DNA of 64,000 nt from Actinomycetota bacterium (lineage in GTDB: Bacteria > Actinomycetota > Acidimicrobiia > Actinomarinales > Actinomarinaceae), in contig JACNGE010000014.1 of assembly GCA_014384285.1 (NCBI GenBank), forward strand, positions 212,513 to 276,512, given 5' to 3'. The notes under the pieces were generated by a model that was given only the letters and a program-made list of their open reading frames with translations, was not told where the DNA came from and did not search any database. Positions within the stretch are counted from its first letter, which is position 1. Each line of letters begins with the position of its first letter. The position numbers were made by a program, and so were the translations under genes. Positions 40,018 to 50,949 of this stretch are shown piece by piece.

Positions 40018-40725
40018 ATGAAAAAAATATTACCTTTTCTTTTATTGCTTTCTTTCTGTACCGCAGACAGCTCAGAGTCCTTGCTAGACATAGAAGACAG
40101 TCCTAATAGTTCTATGTCAGAGGAACCTGTTCAGACATCTACAAGTACATCTATTGAGGTAACTCAGCTTGAGTCCTTTGAAGAGGCAGTATATAAGGTG
40201 AATAAAGAAATGAGCTCTGTTAGTTACTTAGCTCCAAAGCAGTTCTTAAATGCAAATCTAGAAATCGTTGAGGGAGTTACTAGAGAAATTTCTGGGGAAT
40301 TCAGAATCACATTAGGTGACTGTGATTCTGCAGACTCTTGTCTGCAGGTTAGAGATTTAATTATATCTGCAGACTTAACTACGTTAAAAAGTGGTAGCAG
40401 CATTAGAGATGGTGCAATTCAAAATAATTGGCTGGAGTCAAAACTCTTCCCCGAAGCAATTTATACAGTAGATGAAATTGTATTTCCTAATAACAACTTT
40501 GATTCAAAAATAGATGAGACAATTGTTGGCATTTTAACTGTAAGAAATATTGAAGTAAATGTTCCTTTTTCAATAACTGCATACATGGAAAATGAGATTA
40601 TATACGTCTCTGGTATTACTGAAATTGACACAACTTGGTTTGGATTTGATGCTCCAACTAAATTTAATGCTTGGGAGGTTCTAAATCCCATAGGTATAAA
40701 AATATCTATTGTTGCAGAAAAATAA
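40018..40725 (+). CDS. YceI-family lipid/polyisoprenoid-binding protein, probable lipoprotein (start ATG 40018)
   Basis: Signal MKKILPFLLLLSFC; ADLTTLKSG..IRD, LESKLFPEA, GILTVR. Confidence 0.8.
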   Translation: MKKILPFLLLLSFCTADSSESLLDIEDSPNSSMSEEPVQTSTSTSIEVTQLESFEEAVYKVNKEMSSVSYLAPKQFLNANLEIVEGVTREISGEFRITLGDCDSADSCLQVRDLIISADLTTLKSGSSIRDGAIQNNWLESKLFPEAIYTVDEIVFPNNNFDSKIDETIVGILTVRNIEVNVPFSITAYMENEIIYVSGITEIDTTWFGFDAPTKFNAWEVLNPIGIKISIVAEK

Positions 40726-41245
40726 AATATTGAAACTGAAACTTAAATACAAAGAATTAAACATACAAAACGAATCAAAGAAAGAAAACTATGCAGCAGT
40801 TGCTATTTTGATATACGATGAAAAAGAAATTTTATTTATCAAACGGTCCAACGACATGCCAACTCACAAAGGACATATAGCTTTTCCAGGAGGAAAAAAA
40901 GAAATAGATGATCTTAGTATCGTAGATACTGCCACTAGGGAAGCATCCGAAGAGTTATTGATTTCAAGAACTGATGTCCAACCCTTTGGACAACTAGACC
41001 CAGTTGATACTATAGAATTTAAAAATAAAGTATATCCAATTTTATGTAGCCTGTCTAAATTACCTACATCCTACAACAAATCAGAAGTCCAATCTGTATT
41101 TCTTGTTCCAATAGAGGAATTAAGAGACACCAATAATTGGCGTTTTAGAGGTGTCTATCCCCAAGATTGGGTATTCAAAATTGAGCAAGAAACGTTGTGG
41201 GGAGCAACTGCAAAAATTACTAGGGAATTATTAAGTTTAAGCTAA
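40709..41245 (+). CDS. Nudix hydrolase, CoA pyrophosphatase type (start may be TTG 40730)
   Basis: AAVAIL, FIKRS..MPTHKGHIAFPGGK, ATREASEE, WGATA. Confidence 0.9.
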   Translation: MLQKNKILKLKLKYKELNIQNESKKENYAAVAILIYDEKEILFIKRSNDMPTHKGHIAFPGGKKEIDDLSIVDTATREASEELLISRTDVQPFGQLDPVDTIEFKNKVYPILCSLSKLPTSYNKSEVQSVFLVPIEELRDTNNWRFRGVYPQDWVFKIEQETLWGATAKITRELLSLS

Positions 41246-42124
41246 TCCCTTGGATTCTCCTTTTACAGCAATATAAAGAGATGCAAATATCATGATTAAC
41301 GTAAAATAGAAAATATTATTCACTACTTCATCTAAGAAAATATAACCAAGAGAAATACCAAACAAAGGAACAACATAATCGACCAATGAAGTAAAAGTTG
41401 CGGACAATCTTTTGATGGTATAGAAGAATAGGGAATAGTTAAATATATCAATAAACACAAGCCCCAACAGCTGATAAACCTCCATGAGGGATAATATTTG
41501 AAATTTTCCTCCAAGAATAAAAAATAATATTATCGAAAGGATGCTTCCAAACAACCATTGAGTGAGTAAGTATGTTTTGGCTGGAATGTATTGAGAATCT
41601 TTTTTATTTGTTATATTCGCTATAGCTAGCCCCTGGACTCCAATCAAAGCTAAAGTACCTCCTAAAATTAAATTTCCATCGTTGGATAGTCCCGTAGCTC
41701 CAGAAGTAAAAAGTGCGGCAAGCCCAAGTAGACCAACTAGAACTGATACAATTTTTGTCCGAGTTATTTTTTCTTCTTTGTAGAAAAAATAGACCCAAAA
41801 TATAGTGAACATTGGTATGGTCGAAATGAAAATACTTTGTAAACCAGCAGAAATATTTTTTAACGCATAAATAAATGTCCAACCCGGAATAAATATTGCT
41901 AAGAAGCCTGTCCAACTTCCTTTTAAAAAAAACTCTAATTTAATTTCTGATTTAAATTCAGTAAAACAATAGAAGCTCAACAATAAAGTAACCAAAGTTA
42001 TTCGTGCTGTCACGATATAAATTTCGTTTACTCCACCCAGCAACAAACTACGATTAAAAAGACCGTGAAATCCAAAGAGAAAGCCAATTAAAATAATATT
42101 TCTCAATCCCAAATAAGGAGACAT
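41237..42124 (-). CDS. EamA/DMT-family transporter
   Basis: About 10 TM in two EamA repeats (ISAG..SI..STIPMF...KEK; LSAT..SLVDYVVPLFG..LG..FLDE). Confidence 0.88.
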   Translation of the reverse strand: MSPYLGLRNIILIGFLFGFHGLFNRSLLLGGVNEIYIVTARITLVTLLLSFYCFTEFKSEIKLEFFLKGSWTGFLAIFIPGWTFIYALKNISAGLQSIFISTIPMFTIFWVYFFYKEEKITRTKIVSVLVGLLGLAALFTSGATGLSNDGNLILGGTLALIGVQGLAIANITNKKDSQYIPAKTYLLTQWLFGSILSIILFFILGGKFQILSLMEVYQLLGLVFIDIFNYSLFFYTIKRLSATFTSLVDYVVPLFGISLGYIFLDEVVNNIFYFTLIMIFASLYIAVKGESKGLA

Positions 42125-42182
42125 AGAATATTGAGATTTGATAAGCTACTCCAACTTCATTTAAGTTATTAGAATAGCAGGT

Positions 42183-43154
42183 ATGAAAACAGTTTTTTCT
42201 GGAATACAGCCAACAGGTAAAGTTCACCTTGGAAATTTTCTAGGTGCTATAAAGAATTGGGTCAGACTATCAAATGAAAAGAATAAAAATTACTTTTGTG
42301 TAGTTGATCTACACTCAGTTACTACACATCCAAACCCTAAAGATTTGAACTCCAATATTGAGCAAACACTTAAGTTGTTAGTAGCCGCGGGTATAAATTT
42401 AAATAATTCTATAATCTATCCCCAAAGTAAAGTTCCACAGCATGCATATTTATCGTGGATACTCTCTAACTTTTGCCAGGTTGGTGAACTACAGAGGATG
42501 ACACAGTACAAAGAAAAAGCTGATAGTCTTGGTAGTCACTCTGGTATTTTCACTTACCCTGTTCTTATGGCTTCAGACATTTTGATTCATAAAGCCAATG
42601 AGGTACCAGTTGGAGATGACCAAACACAACACTTAGAACTCACAAGAAATATTGCTGAGAGATTTAATAATAATTATGGAAATGTATTCCCTTTGCCTGA
42701 AAAGTCTAGTGGAAAATCAGGTACGAGATTAATGTCTCTTAAGCATCCTGAAGATAAAATGTCGAAAAGTTCTGATGATATCAATGGAACAATATATTTT
42801 GATGACAGTAGAGACACTATAATGAAAAAGTTTAAGTCCTCAGTAACAGATTCTTCTAATGTCGTAAAGTATGATATTGATAGCAAAAAAGGCATAAGTA
42901 ATTTAATTGATATTTATGCATCTATAAATGACATTTCACACCAAGAAGTTGAGAGACTATTTGAGAACTCACAATATGGAGAATTTAAAATTGCAGTAGG
43001 AGAGACTGTATCAGACTACTTATCTCCTATATATTCAGATTACCAAGAACTAGAGAAAGAAGATCTTTCTCAAGTTCTTGGCAATAATCTTGATCAGGCA
43101 AATGATTCAGCACAAGAAACGATAAACGAAGTAAATAGTATTTTAGGTCTTTAA
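42183..43154 (+). CDS. trpS: Tryptophanyl-tRNA synthetase
   Basis: FSGIQPTG, HLGN, YPVLMASDIL, VPVGDDQ.QHLE, KMSKS. Confidence 0.98.
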   Translation: MKTVFSGIQPTGKVHLGNFLGAIKNWVRLSNEKNKNYFCVVDLHSVTTHPNPKDLNSNIEQTLKLLVAAGINLNNSIIYPQSKVPQHAYLSWILSNFCQVGELQRMTQYKEKADSLGSHSGIFTYPVLMASDILIHKANEVPVGDDQTQHLELTRNIAERFNNNYGNVFPLPEKSSGKSGTRLMSLKHPEDKMSKSSDDINGTIYFDDSRDTIMKKFKSSVTDSSNVVKYDIDSKKGISNLIDIYASINDISHQEVERLFENSQYGEFKIAVGETVSDYLSPIYSDYQELEKEDLSQVLGNNLDQANDSAQETINEVNSILGL

Positions 43155-43158
43155 ACAG

Positions 43159-45294
43159 ATGCAAGAGATCGTACAGATTCCTGATAACTGGAATAATCTA
43201 GTAAACGAAAAGCAAAAAGAAGCTATTGAGCACACACACGGGCCGTTGTTGATAGTCGCAGGTGCAGGATCTGGAAAAACTAGAGTCTTAACCTACAGGT
43301 ATGCTCATCTTGTTATGAGCCATTCAGTGAACTACTCAAATATACTTGCTATTACTTTTACAAATAAAGCTGCAAATGAGATGAAGGAAAGAATTAGTAA
43401 ACTTTTAGATTTAGATATTTATCCTAAATGGATTTCCACATTTCATAGTTCCTGTGTAAAAATTTTACGAACCCACGGACATTTGATTGGATATAAAACA
43501 AACTTTACTATTTACGATCAGTCCGACTCCTCAAAGCTTATTAGAAACTGTATGAGAGACAATGGTGTTGACTTAAAACAGTATTCGCCCAGAAGATTTC
43601 AAGCTAGCATATCTGGTTTAAAAAATATGAGAATAAGTCCTGGTGAGGCTATCGAATCAGCAGAAAGTTTCTTTGATGTAAAAGTTGCAGAAATATATAC
43701 ATCTTATGAAAAAAAATTAATGCTTGCTAATAGTATGGATTTTGATGATCTTCTAATAAAAACTGTAGATTTACTTGAAACTAGCCAAGAAGCTCTCAAT
43801 TATTGGTCTTCAAAGTTTAAATATATTATGGTGGACGAATATCAAGATACAAACTTAGTTCAGTACAAACTCATAGAACTTTTATCTTCTAAACATAAAA
43901 ACCTATGTGTGGTTGGTGATTCTGATCAGAGTATTTATGCCTTCAGGGGTGCAGATATAAGAAATATACAAGAATTTGAAAAAGACTTTCAAAATGCAAA
44001 AATTATTACTTTAGATAAAAATTATCGCTCTTCTCAAAAAATCTTAGATATAGCAAATGCTGTAATTTCTAATAATCCTAGAAGTCAGGATAAAAAATTA
44101 TGGACAGATAACTCTGAAGGACTAGATGTCAATGTTGTTGAGTTTAGTTCAGAGAGAGATGAAGCAAAATGGATAACTTCTGAAATAAAAGAAATATTAG
44201 CTAAAAACAAAAAAACTGAAATAGCTATTTTTTACAGGACTAACAATCAGTCACGAATATTTGAAGAGGAACTGAGAAGAAATAGTATCAACTATAAAGT
44301 TGTTGGAAATGTTAGATTTTATGACAGAAAAGAAATAAAAGATATATTGTCATATTTGAATTTTCTTGTAAATCCAGATGATTCGGTTTCTTTTGAGAGA
44401 GTACTTAATGTACCTAAAAGGGGAATTGGTGAATCAACTCTCCAAAAATTAAGAGACTTTTCTAATAATAAAAATTCTTCAGTTTCAAATTCATTAGATA
44501 ATTTAGAAGAGTTAGACTTTCTATCTGCAAGAGTATTGAACAAGCTTAAGGAATTTAAAGACCTAATTATTGATTTAAAATCTCATGCTATAAAGGGTCC
44601 TTCAGAAGCCATTATTAAAACGTTAGAGTTAACCGGGTATAAAAATCAACTTATCAAAGATGGAACACTGGAGTCTCAGATGAGAATTGAGAATCTAGAC
44701 GAATTAATTAATTCAGCATTTGAGTTTGAAAATCTATATGAAGAAGATGTTGAAGATCCTTATGTAGTCCTCAGGGACTATCTTGAGTCACTTGCTTTGT
44801 TTACAAACACTGACAGCATTGAAGATGAAGACAAAGTTCTATTAATGACCTTGCATAATGCAAAAGGATTAGAATTTCCATATGTATTCATGACCGGGAT
44901 GGAGGAAAACATATTCCCTAGTCAAAAATCAGAAAATGATTTTGAGATTCAAGAAGAACGCAGGTTGTGTTACGTGGGAATGACTCGTGCTGAAGAGAAA
45001 CTTTTTTTAACCTACTCTCAAACGAGAACACTTTGGGGAGGAACTACATATAATTTAAAAAGTAGATTTTTAGATGAAGCTGAAAGCTATTTTAAAGAAA
45101 TAAAAGTTAAGAATCTAAGCTCTCTCAATTCTTTAGCTCCTGATAATGGGAAAGTTGGGAATACAGTCACTCATGAAAAATATGGAAAAGGAATAATTGA
45201 AGAAATCTCTGGCAGTGAAATTACAATTAATTTTGGAGAAGAATGGGGAGTTAAATACTTAGATGCTGAGTGGGCCCCTATTAAATTTGATTAA
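43159..45294 (+). CDS. pcrA: ATP-dependent DNA helicase PcrA/UvrD1
   Basis: AGAGSGKT, TFTNKAA, VDEYQDTN, NYRS, TLHNAKGLEF, EERRLCYVGMTRA, C-terminal Tudor-like domain. Confidence 0.96.
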   Translation: MQEIVQIPDNWNNLVNEKQKEAIEHTHGPLLIVAGAGSGKTRVLTYRYAHLVMSHSVNYSNILAITFTNKAANEMKERISKLLDLDIYPKWISTFHSSCVKILRTHGHLIGYKTNFTIYDQSDSSKLIRNCMRDNGVDLKQYSPRRFQASISGLKNMRISPGEAIESAESFFDVKVAEIYTSYEKKLMLANSMDFDDLLIKTVDLLETSQEALNYWSSKFKYIMVDEYQDTNLVQYKLIELLSSKHKNLCVVGDSDQSIYAFRGADIRNIQEFEKDFQNAKIITLDKNYRSSQKILDIANAVISNNPRSQDKKLWTDNSEGLDVNVVEFSSERDEAKWITSEIKEILAKNKKTEIAIFYRTNNQSRIFEEELRRNSINYKVVGNVRFYDRKEIKDILSYLNFLVNPDDSVSFERVLNVPKRGIGESTLQKLRDFSNNKNSSVSNSLDNLEELDFLSARVLNKLKEFKDLIIDLKSHAIKGPSEAIIKTLELTGYKNQLIKDGTLESQMRIENLDELINSAFEFENLYEEDVEDPYVVLRDYLESLALFTNTDSIEDEDKVLLMTLHNAKGLEFPYVFMTGMEENIFPSQKSENDFEIQEERRLCYVGMTRAEEKLFLTYSQTRTLWGGTTYNLKSRFLDEAESYFKEIKVKNLSSLNSLAPDNGKVGNTVTHEKYGKGIIEEISGSEITINFGEEWGVKYLDAEWAPIKFD

Positions 45295-45346
45295 GAATCT
45301 TACAGTGCATAAATTAGTGAACATTATATAATTTGTAGGTTAAATT

Positions 45347-46480
45347 ATGGATTTATTTGAATATCAAGGAAAATCGCTTTATGGAAACTATGATATCGCA
45401 CATCCTAACTCATTTCTTGCAAGCAATATAGAAGATCTCGAAAAAGATTTTAATTTAGATTATCCCGTAGTTGTAAAAGCTCAAGTTCAAGTTGGAGGGA
45501 GAGGTAAAGCCGGAGGTATCAAATTAGCCAGCACTCACGAAGAGTTACATTTACATTCAAATGAGATTCTTGGAATGGACATAAAAGGACATAAAGTTGA
45601 AAAAATTCTTATTGAAGAAGCTTCTGAAATTAAAGAAGAGTATTATTTATCCTTCACTCTTGATAGGTCAGAAAAAAAATATCTTATGATGTTAAGTGCT
45701 AAAGGTGGAATGGATATTGAAGCTGTTGCAGCTGAAAACCCAGACGACTTAACAATGGTCCACATCAATCCAGCAGAAACTTTAACTGATGAAGTTATTA
45801 AAAAAGCAATTCATAATTCTAATTTGAATATCGTGTACGAAAATGAGTTATTAAAAATTATTCAATCACTGTTCAAGTTATTTGTTGATGGTGATTGCGA
45901 TCTAGTTGAGGTAAATCCATTAGCAATCACAAGTAGCGGAGTAATGGCACTAGATTCAAAAGTTTCACTAGATATGAGCGCAAAATATAGACATGAAGAA
46001 TTCGATGAGATTGAAAAAGATATTCCCATTCCTCCCTCAGAAAAGTCAGCTAAAGAAAAAGGATTAAACTTTATAAAGCTTGACGGATCAGTTGGGATAA
46101 TTGGTAATGGAGCAGGACTAGTTATGTCAACATTAGATGTTGTAGCTGAATATGGTGGCAGTGCTGCAAACTTTCTTGATATTGGAGGTGGGGCAAAGGC
46201 AGAAACTGTCAGTGCAGCGCTAGACGTTCTTGAAACAGATAAATCAGTTACGAGTGTTTTTATAAATATCTTTGGTGGTATTACTAGATGTGATTTAGTT
46301 GCACAAGGAATAGTAGAAGCAACCAAGGGTAAAGATTTGAAATGGCCGATAGTCATTAGACTTGATGGAACAAACGCAATTGAAGGACTTGAAATTTTAA
46401 GAGCAAACCCTAATGAAAAAATATTTATTACTGACACCATGAACCAAGCTGCAGAATTAGCAGTGAAAGGAATAAACTAA
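45347..46480 (+). CDS. sucC: Succinyl-CoA ligase beta subunit
   Basis: [41 protein letters not shown]. Confidence 0.98.
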   Translation: MDLFEYQGKSLYGNYDIAHPNSFLASNIEDLEKDFNLDYPVVVKAQVQVGGRGKAGGIKLASTHEELHLHSNEILGMDIKGHKVEKILIEEASEIKEEYYLSFTLDRSEKKYLMMLSAKGGMDIEAVAAENPDDLTMVHINPAETLTDEVIKKAIHNSNLNIVYENELLKIIQSLFKLFVDGDCDLVEVNPLAITSSGVMALDSKVSLDMSAKYRHEEFDEIEKDIPIPPSEKSAKEKGLNFIKLDGSVGIIGNGAGLVMSTLDVVAEYGGSAANFLDIGGGAKAETVSAALDVLETDKSVTSVFINIFGGITRCDLVAQGIVEATKGKDLKWPIVIRLDGTNAIEGLEILRANPNEKIFITDTMNQAAELAVKGIN

Positions 46481-47349
46481 TGGCAATTCTTCTTGATGAA
46501 AACTCTAAGGTAGTTGTTCAAGGAATCACTGGACGAGAAGGAAAATTTCATGCACTAAGAAATAGAGATTACGGCACCAATATTGTTGCAGGTACTCGTC
46601 CTGGTAAAGGTGGAGAAGAGGTAGAGTCAATCCCAATATTTAACACAGTCCAAGAGGCTATTGAATCAACTGGAGCAAATGTAGCCCTAACAATGGTACC
46701 GCCAGCATTTGCAAAAGATGCAGTTCTTGAAGCTGCTTATGCTGATTGTGAGTTGATTGTTTGCATAACAGAAGGGATACCAGCAAAAGATGAAGCTGAA
46801 ATGTATAACCTTATTAAAAAAAATACAACATCTAAATTGTTAGGCCCAAATTGTCCAGGTCTAATTTCACCAGGAAAATCAAATGTTGGAATTATGCCAC
46901 ATGAAATAACTTTGCCAGGTAATGTAGGCGTTGTTTCCAGATCAGGAACTTTAACATATCAAGCCGTTCATGAGTTAACACAACTAAGCATAGGGCAATC
47001 AACTTGCATTGGTATAGGTGGCGACCCAGTACCAGGGATGTCATTTATAGATGTTCTTAAAGAATTTGAAGAAGACCAAGAAACACAAGTTATTGTGATG
47101 ATTGGAGAAATTGGTGGAACCGCAGAGGAAGAAGCAGCAGAGTACATCAAGGAAAAAGTAACAAAACCAGTTGTCTCCTATATTGCTGGTGTAACAGCTC
47201 CGGCTGGTAAAAAAATGGGTCACGCAGGTGCTATAGTTTCCGGAAACAAAGGTACTGCAAAAGCTAAAATGAGTGCACTCGAAGAAGCAAATGTTGTTGT
47301 AGTCAGCAATCCAACAAAAATTGGTCAAGCAGTAAAGGAGCTAATGTAA
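46480..47349 (+). CDS. sucD: Succinyl-CoA ligase alpha subunit
   Basis: [26 protein letters not shown]. Confidence 0.98.
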   Translation: MAILLDENSKVVVQGITGREGKFHALRNRDYGTNIVAGTRPGKGGEEVESIPIFNTVQEAIESTGANVALTMVPPAFAKDAVLEAAYADCELIVCITEGIPAKDEAEMYNLIKKNTTSKLLGPNCPGLISPGKSNVGIMPHEITLPGNVGVVSRSGTLTYQAVHELTQLSIGQSTCIGIGGDPVPGMSFIDVLKEFEEDQETQVIVMIGEIGGTAEEEAAEYIKEKVTKPVVSYIAGVTAPAGKKMGHAGAIVSGNKGTAKAKMSALEEANVVVVSNPTKIGQAVKELM

Positions 47350-48578
47350 TGGTTGAAAACTTAAATAGAGAAGAATTAAATAATGCAATCAAAAAAACAA
47401 GAGAATCTTTCGATACAGACAACCCAACAGTTCCATTTATTGAAGGAGATGGTATCGGTATAGATATTTGGCCAGCTTCTCAAGTGGTTTTTGATGCAGT
47501 AGTAGAGAAAGCATATAACGGTAATAGGAAAATAAACTGGGTTGAAGTTCTAGCAGGTCAAAAAGCATTCGATACAGTTTCAGAATGGCTTCCAAAAAAA
47601 ACACTAGACACATTTGATGAGTTTGGAGTCGGAATAAAAGGCCCATTGACAACACCTGTCGGAGAGGGTATCAGGTCAATTAATGTTGCAATAAGGCAGG
47701 AGTTAGATCTTTATGTCTGCCTAAGACCAATTAAGTATTTTAAGGGAATTGAAACCCCTACGAAAAATCCACAAGATGTTGATATTGTTCTTTTTAGAGA
47801 AAACACAGAAGATGTTTATTCTGGTAAAGAGCTAGAAGAAGGTACTGAAGAAGTATTAAAATTAAATAATTTTCTTAAAGAAGAATTTGGATGGGAGATA
47901 AGAAAAGACAGCGGAATAGGCATTAAGCCAATATCTAATACAGGTTCAGAAAGACTTATTAGGGCGGCGATTAATTTTGCAGTTGAAAACGATAAAAAAA
48001 ATCTTGCAATTGTCCACAAGGGAAACATCATGAAATTTACCGAAGGAGCTTTCAGGAAATGGGGATATGAATTAATAGAAAAGGAATTTTCTGATGTAGC
48101 TGTATCCTGGGAAGATTCAAATGGTGATCCTGGAGAAAAAATATTAGTTCAAGATGTTATAGCCGATGCTTTTTTACAACAGATTCTAATAAAACCTCAA
48201 GAATTCGATGTTATTGCTACAACTAACCTAAACGGTGATTATGCGTCAGATGCTTTAGCTGCACAAATTGGAGGGATAGGTATAAGCCCAGGAGGAAATA
48301 TCAATTATGAAAATGGAAAGGCTGTTTTTGAAGCTACACATGGAACTGCGCCTAAATACGCAGGTCAGAATAAAGCAAACCCAGGTTCTCTGATATTGTC
48401 TGGTGAGATGATGTTTAGGTATATGGGATGGAATGAAGCAGCAGACCTAATTATTGAAAGTATGGAGAAGTCTATTCTTGAAGGCAACGTAACATACGAT
48501 CTTGCCAGAGGTAGGAATGACGCCTCTATTCTCTCAAGTTCTGAATTTGCAGAGTCTCTTGTAAAAAATATACAATAA
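47349..48578 (+). CDS. icd: Isocitrate dehydrogenase, dimeric type
   Basis: [53 protein letters not shown]. Confidence 0.97.
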   Translation: MVENLNREELNNAIKKTRESFDTDNPTVPFIEGDGIGIDIWPASQVVFDAVVEKAYNGNRKINWVEVLAGQKAFDTVSEWLPKKTLDTFDEFGVGIKGPLTTPVGEGIRSINVAIRQELDLYVCLRPIKYFKGIETPTKNPQDVDIVLFRENTEDVYSGKELEEGTEEVLKLNNFLKEEFGWEIRKDSGIGIKPISNTGSERLIRAAINFAVENDKKNLAIVHKGNIMKFTEGAFRKWGYELIEKEFSDVAVSWEDSNGDPGEKILVQDVIADAFLQQILIKPQEFDVIATTNLNGDYASDALAAQIGGIGISPGGNINYENGKAVFEATHGTAPKYAGQNKANPGSLILSGEMMFRYMGWNEAADLIIESMEKSILEGNVTYDLARGRNDASILSSSEFAESLVKNIQ

Positions 48579-48596
48579 AAGAAGAGAAAGGTAGTT

Positions 48597-49535
48597 GTGA
48601 AAAAAGTTACAGTAGTTGGAGCAGGAAAGTATGGTTCCATGACCGCTTTACGTGTTGCAGAATATAATCTTGCAAGTGAAGTAGTAATGACAGATATAGT
48701 TGAAGGTTTACCACAAGGACTCGCACTTGACATAAACCAATCTAGGTTTGTAGAAAAATTTGATACAAAAATTCTTGGTACCAACAATTATGCAGATACC
48801 GCCAACAGTGATGTAGTTGTCATAACTGCTGGATTGCCAAGAAAACCAGGTATGTCCCGTATGGACCTTCTCGAGGTAAATGCTGGGATAGTAACTGACG
48901 TAACGAAGAATATACTAGAACATTCTGATAACCCAATAATTATTGTTGTCACTAACCCACTTGATCAGATGACTACTTTAACAGCTGAAGTTTCAAACCT
49001 TTCTAAAAACAGAGTCATAGGACAAGCTGGAATTCTTGATTCATCTAGATTTGCATATTTTATTTCAGAAAAATTAAATGTAAAAATGAGTGAAGTCCAT
49101 GCCTTAACCTTAGGAAGTCATGGTGAAACAATGGTACCTGTCCCTTCACTTTGCACTGTTAGCGGGGAACCCTTGGTTGATATTTTATCTAAAGATGATA
49201 TCGATGAACTAGTTGCTAAAACTTCTGAAGGTGGAGCAGAGATTGTAGGACTTCTTAAAACTGGAAGTGCATATTTTGCACCAGCATCATCAGCAGCAAC
49301 AATGGTAAAGTCAATTATTTCAGATTCAAATGAAGTATTTCCTGTGTGTGCTTGGCTACAAGGGGAGTACGGAATAAAAGATGTCTATCTTGGAGTTCCC
49401 GCAAAGCTTGGAAAAGAGGGTGTTACAGAAATAGTCGAGCATGATCTAACTGATATAGAATTAACAGCTCTAAAAGAAGCTTCTAAAGCAGTAAAAGATA
49501 AGGTTTCTGAGCTTAATAGCATAAATAACCAATAA
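48597..49535 (+). CDS. mdh: Malate dehydrogenase, LDH-like
   Basis: VVGAG, TAGLPRKPGMSRMDLL, VTNPLD, LDSSRF, GSHG, GSAYFAP. Confidence 0.96.
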   Translation: MKKVTVVGAGKYGSMTALRVAEYNLASEVVMTDIVEGLPQGLALDINQSRFVEKFDTKILGTNNYADTANSDVVVITAGLPRKPGMSRMDLLEVNAGIVTDVTKNILEHSDNPIIIVVTNPLDQMTTLTAEVSNLSKNRVIGQAGILDSSRFAYFISEKLNVKMSEVHALTLGSHGETMVPVPSLCTVSGEPLVDILSKDDIDELVAKTSEGGAEIVGLLKTGSAYFAPASSAATMVKSIISDSNEVFPVCAWLQGEYGIKDVYLGVPAKLGKEGVTEIVEHDLTDIELTALKEASKAVKDKVSELNSINNQ

Positions 49536-49645
49536 AATCAGTCTTTTAATAAAAAAAGCCATATTTTATCGTATTTTAAGAAAATCTAATTAAAAAAACT
49601 ATAATTAATATATAGTAAAAACGCAAAAAGAAAGGCAAAACAGCT

Positions 49646-49918
49646 ATGAATAAAGATCAATTAGCAAGTGTTGTAGCAGCAGAAGTAGGGTTGTCACAAT
49701 CAGACGCTAAATCAGCTGTGGAAGCAGTGTTTGACGGAATAACAAACGGAATGAAGAATGGCGACAAGGTTAGCATTGCCGGTTTCGGACAGTTTGAATC
49801 AAGATACAGGGCTGCAAGACAAGGGAGAAATCCTGCAACAGGTGAAACAATCCAGATAGCTGCTAAGAATGCACCAGCATTTAAGGCTGCAAAAGGATTA
49901 AAAGATAGTCTAAACTAA
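49646..49918 (+). CDS. hup: Histone-like DNA-binding protein HU
   Basis: MNKDQL, GFGQF, RAARQGRNPATGE, PAFKA. Confidence 0.97.
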   Translation: MNKDQLASVVAAEVGLSQSDAKSAVEAVFDGITNGMKNGDKVSIAGFGQFESRYRAARQGRNPATGETIQIAAKNAPAFKAAKGLKDSLN

Positions 49919-49937
49919 GACATCTTAAAACCTTATT

Positions 49938-49967
49938 GAAAAGACGGCTAAGCCGTCTTTTCTTTTT
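49938..49967. terminator. Bidirectional intrinsic terminator between hup and the convergent sdh operon
   Basis: GAAAAGACGGC-taa-GCCGTCTTTTC followed by T tract. Confidence 0.88.
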
Positions 49968-50257
49968 TACTTAAGAAGCTCTAAGTTTCCTTTTACCTTA
50001 ATTTTTTCATCGAACATTAAATCTTCCGGATGCTTAATATTATTTTTTAGTTCAAAAAAAGTAGCTTCATCCATCATAATTATTAGACTATCGTTTGAAT
50101 TTTCTGAGTCCTCAGAATATTTTAAATTTTCTAGATTTATCTTTGCAATATAATCTGATCCCGTTATTTGAAAATAAATTTTGCTTAGATTATTTTTATC
50201 TTTGACATTGAAACTATTAACGACAGATTTTAAGTGTTCTAATATTTCGCTGTTCAA
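49967..50257 (-). CDS. SCP2 sterol-carrier-like small protein
   Basis: IYFQITG, IIMMDEATF..L......PEDLMF..KIKVKGNL; start overlaps the sdhB stop. Confidence 0.7.
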   Translation of the reverse strand: MNSEILEHLKSVVNSFNVKDKNNLSKIYFQITGSDYIAKINLENLKYSEDSENSNDSLIIMMDEATFFELKNNIKHPEDLMFDEKIKVKGNLELLK

Positions 50258-50949
50258 TTATTTAAAAGTGTTTCTCTTTTTACATCTTCAATAGCTTTAG
50301 TAACCTGTATACCTCTTGGACATGCACTTGTGCAGTTAAAAGCTGTTCTGCATCTAAAAGCTCCATTTACATCTTTCATTATTTCGAGTCTCTGCTTTGA
50401 GCCTTGGTCTCTTGAGTCCATAACAAATCTGTGAGCATTTACAATAGCTGCTGGACCAATGTAGCTTTCAGCCGTCCAGAAAACAGGACAGCTAGTTGTA
50501 CAAGCTGCACAAAGAATACATTTTGTTGTATCTTCAAATTTGTCTCTATCTTCAGGGGATTGTAGTCTTTCTCTGTCTCCAGGATCATCATTGTTTATCA
50601 GATATGGCAAAACTTTTTTATAGCTATCAAAAAATGGCTCCATGTCAACAATCAAGTCTTTTACAACTGGTAGCCCTCTAATTGGTTCGATTTTAATAGG
50701 GTTGCTTACTTCTTTAACCAGAACCTGACATGCAAGCATGTTTTCTCCATTTACAACCATTGCATCAGAACCACACACACCGTGAGCACAAGATTTTCTA
50801 AATGATAAAGATCCATCTTCAAACCATTTTATTTTATGGAGTAAATCAAGAATTCTTTCTTCAGGTTCCGCGTCTACTTTATAATATTCCCAATGCCCTT
50901 TTTTATCATTCTCGGGATCGTATCTGAGTATCTTTAGATCAATTTCCAT
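50254..50949 (-). CDS. sdhB: Succinate dehydrogenase Fe-S subunit
   Basis: SCAHGVCGSD, CILCAACTTSCP, CRTAFNCTSACP. Confidence 0.97.
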   Translation of the reverse strand: MEIDLKILRYDPENDKKGHWEYYKVDAEPEERILDLLHKIKWFEDGSLSFRKSCAHGVCGSDAMVVNGENMLACQVLVKEVSNPIKIEPIRGLPVVKDLIVDMEPFFDSYKKVLPYLINNDDPGDRERLQSPEDRDKFEDTTKCILCAACTTSCPVFWTAESYIGPAAIVNAHRFVMDSRDQGSKQRLEIMKDVNGAFRCRTAFNCTSACPRGIQVTKAIEDVKRETLLNN

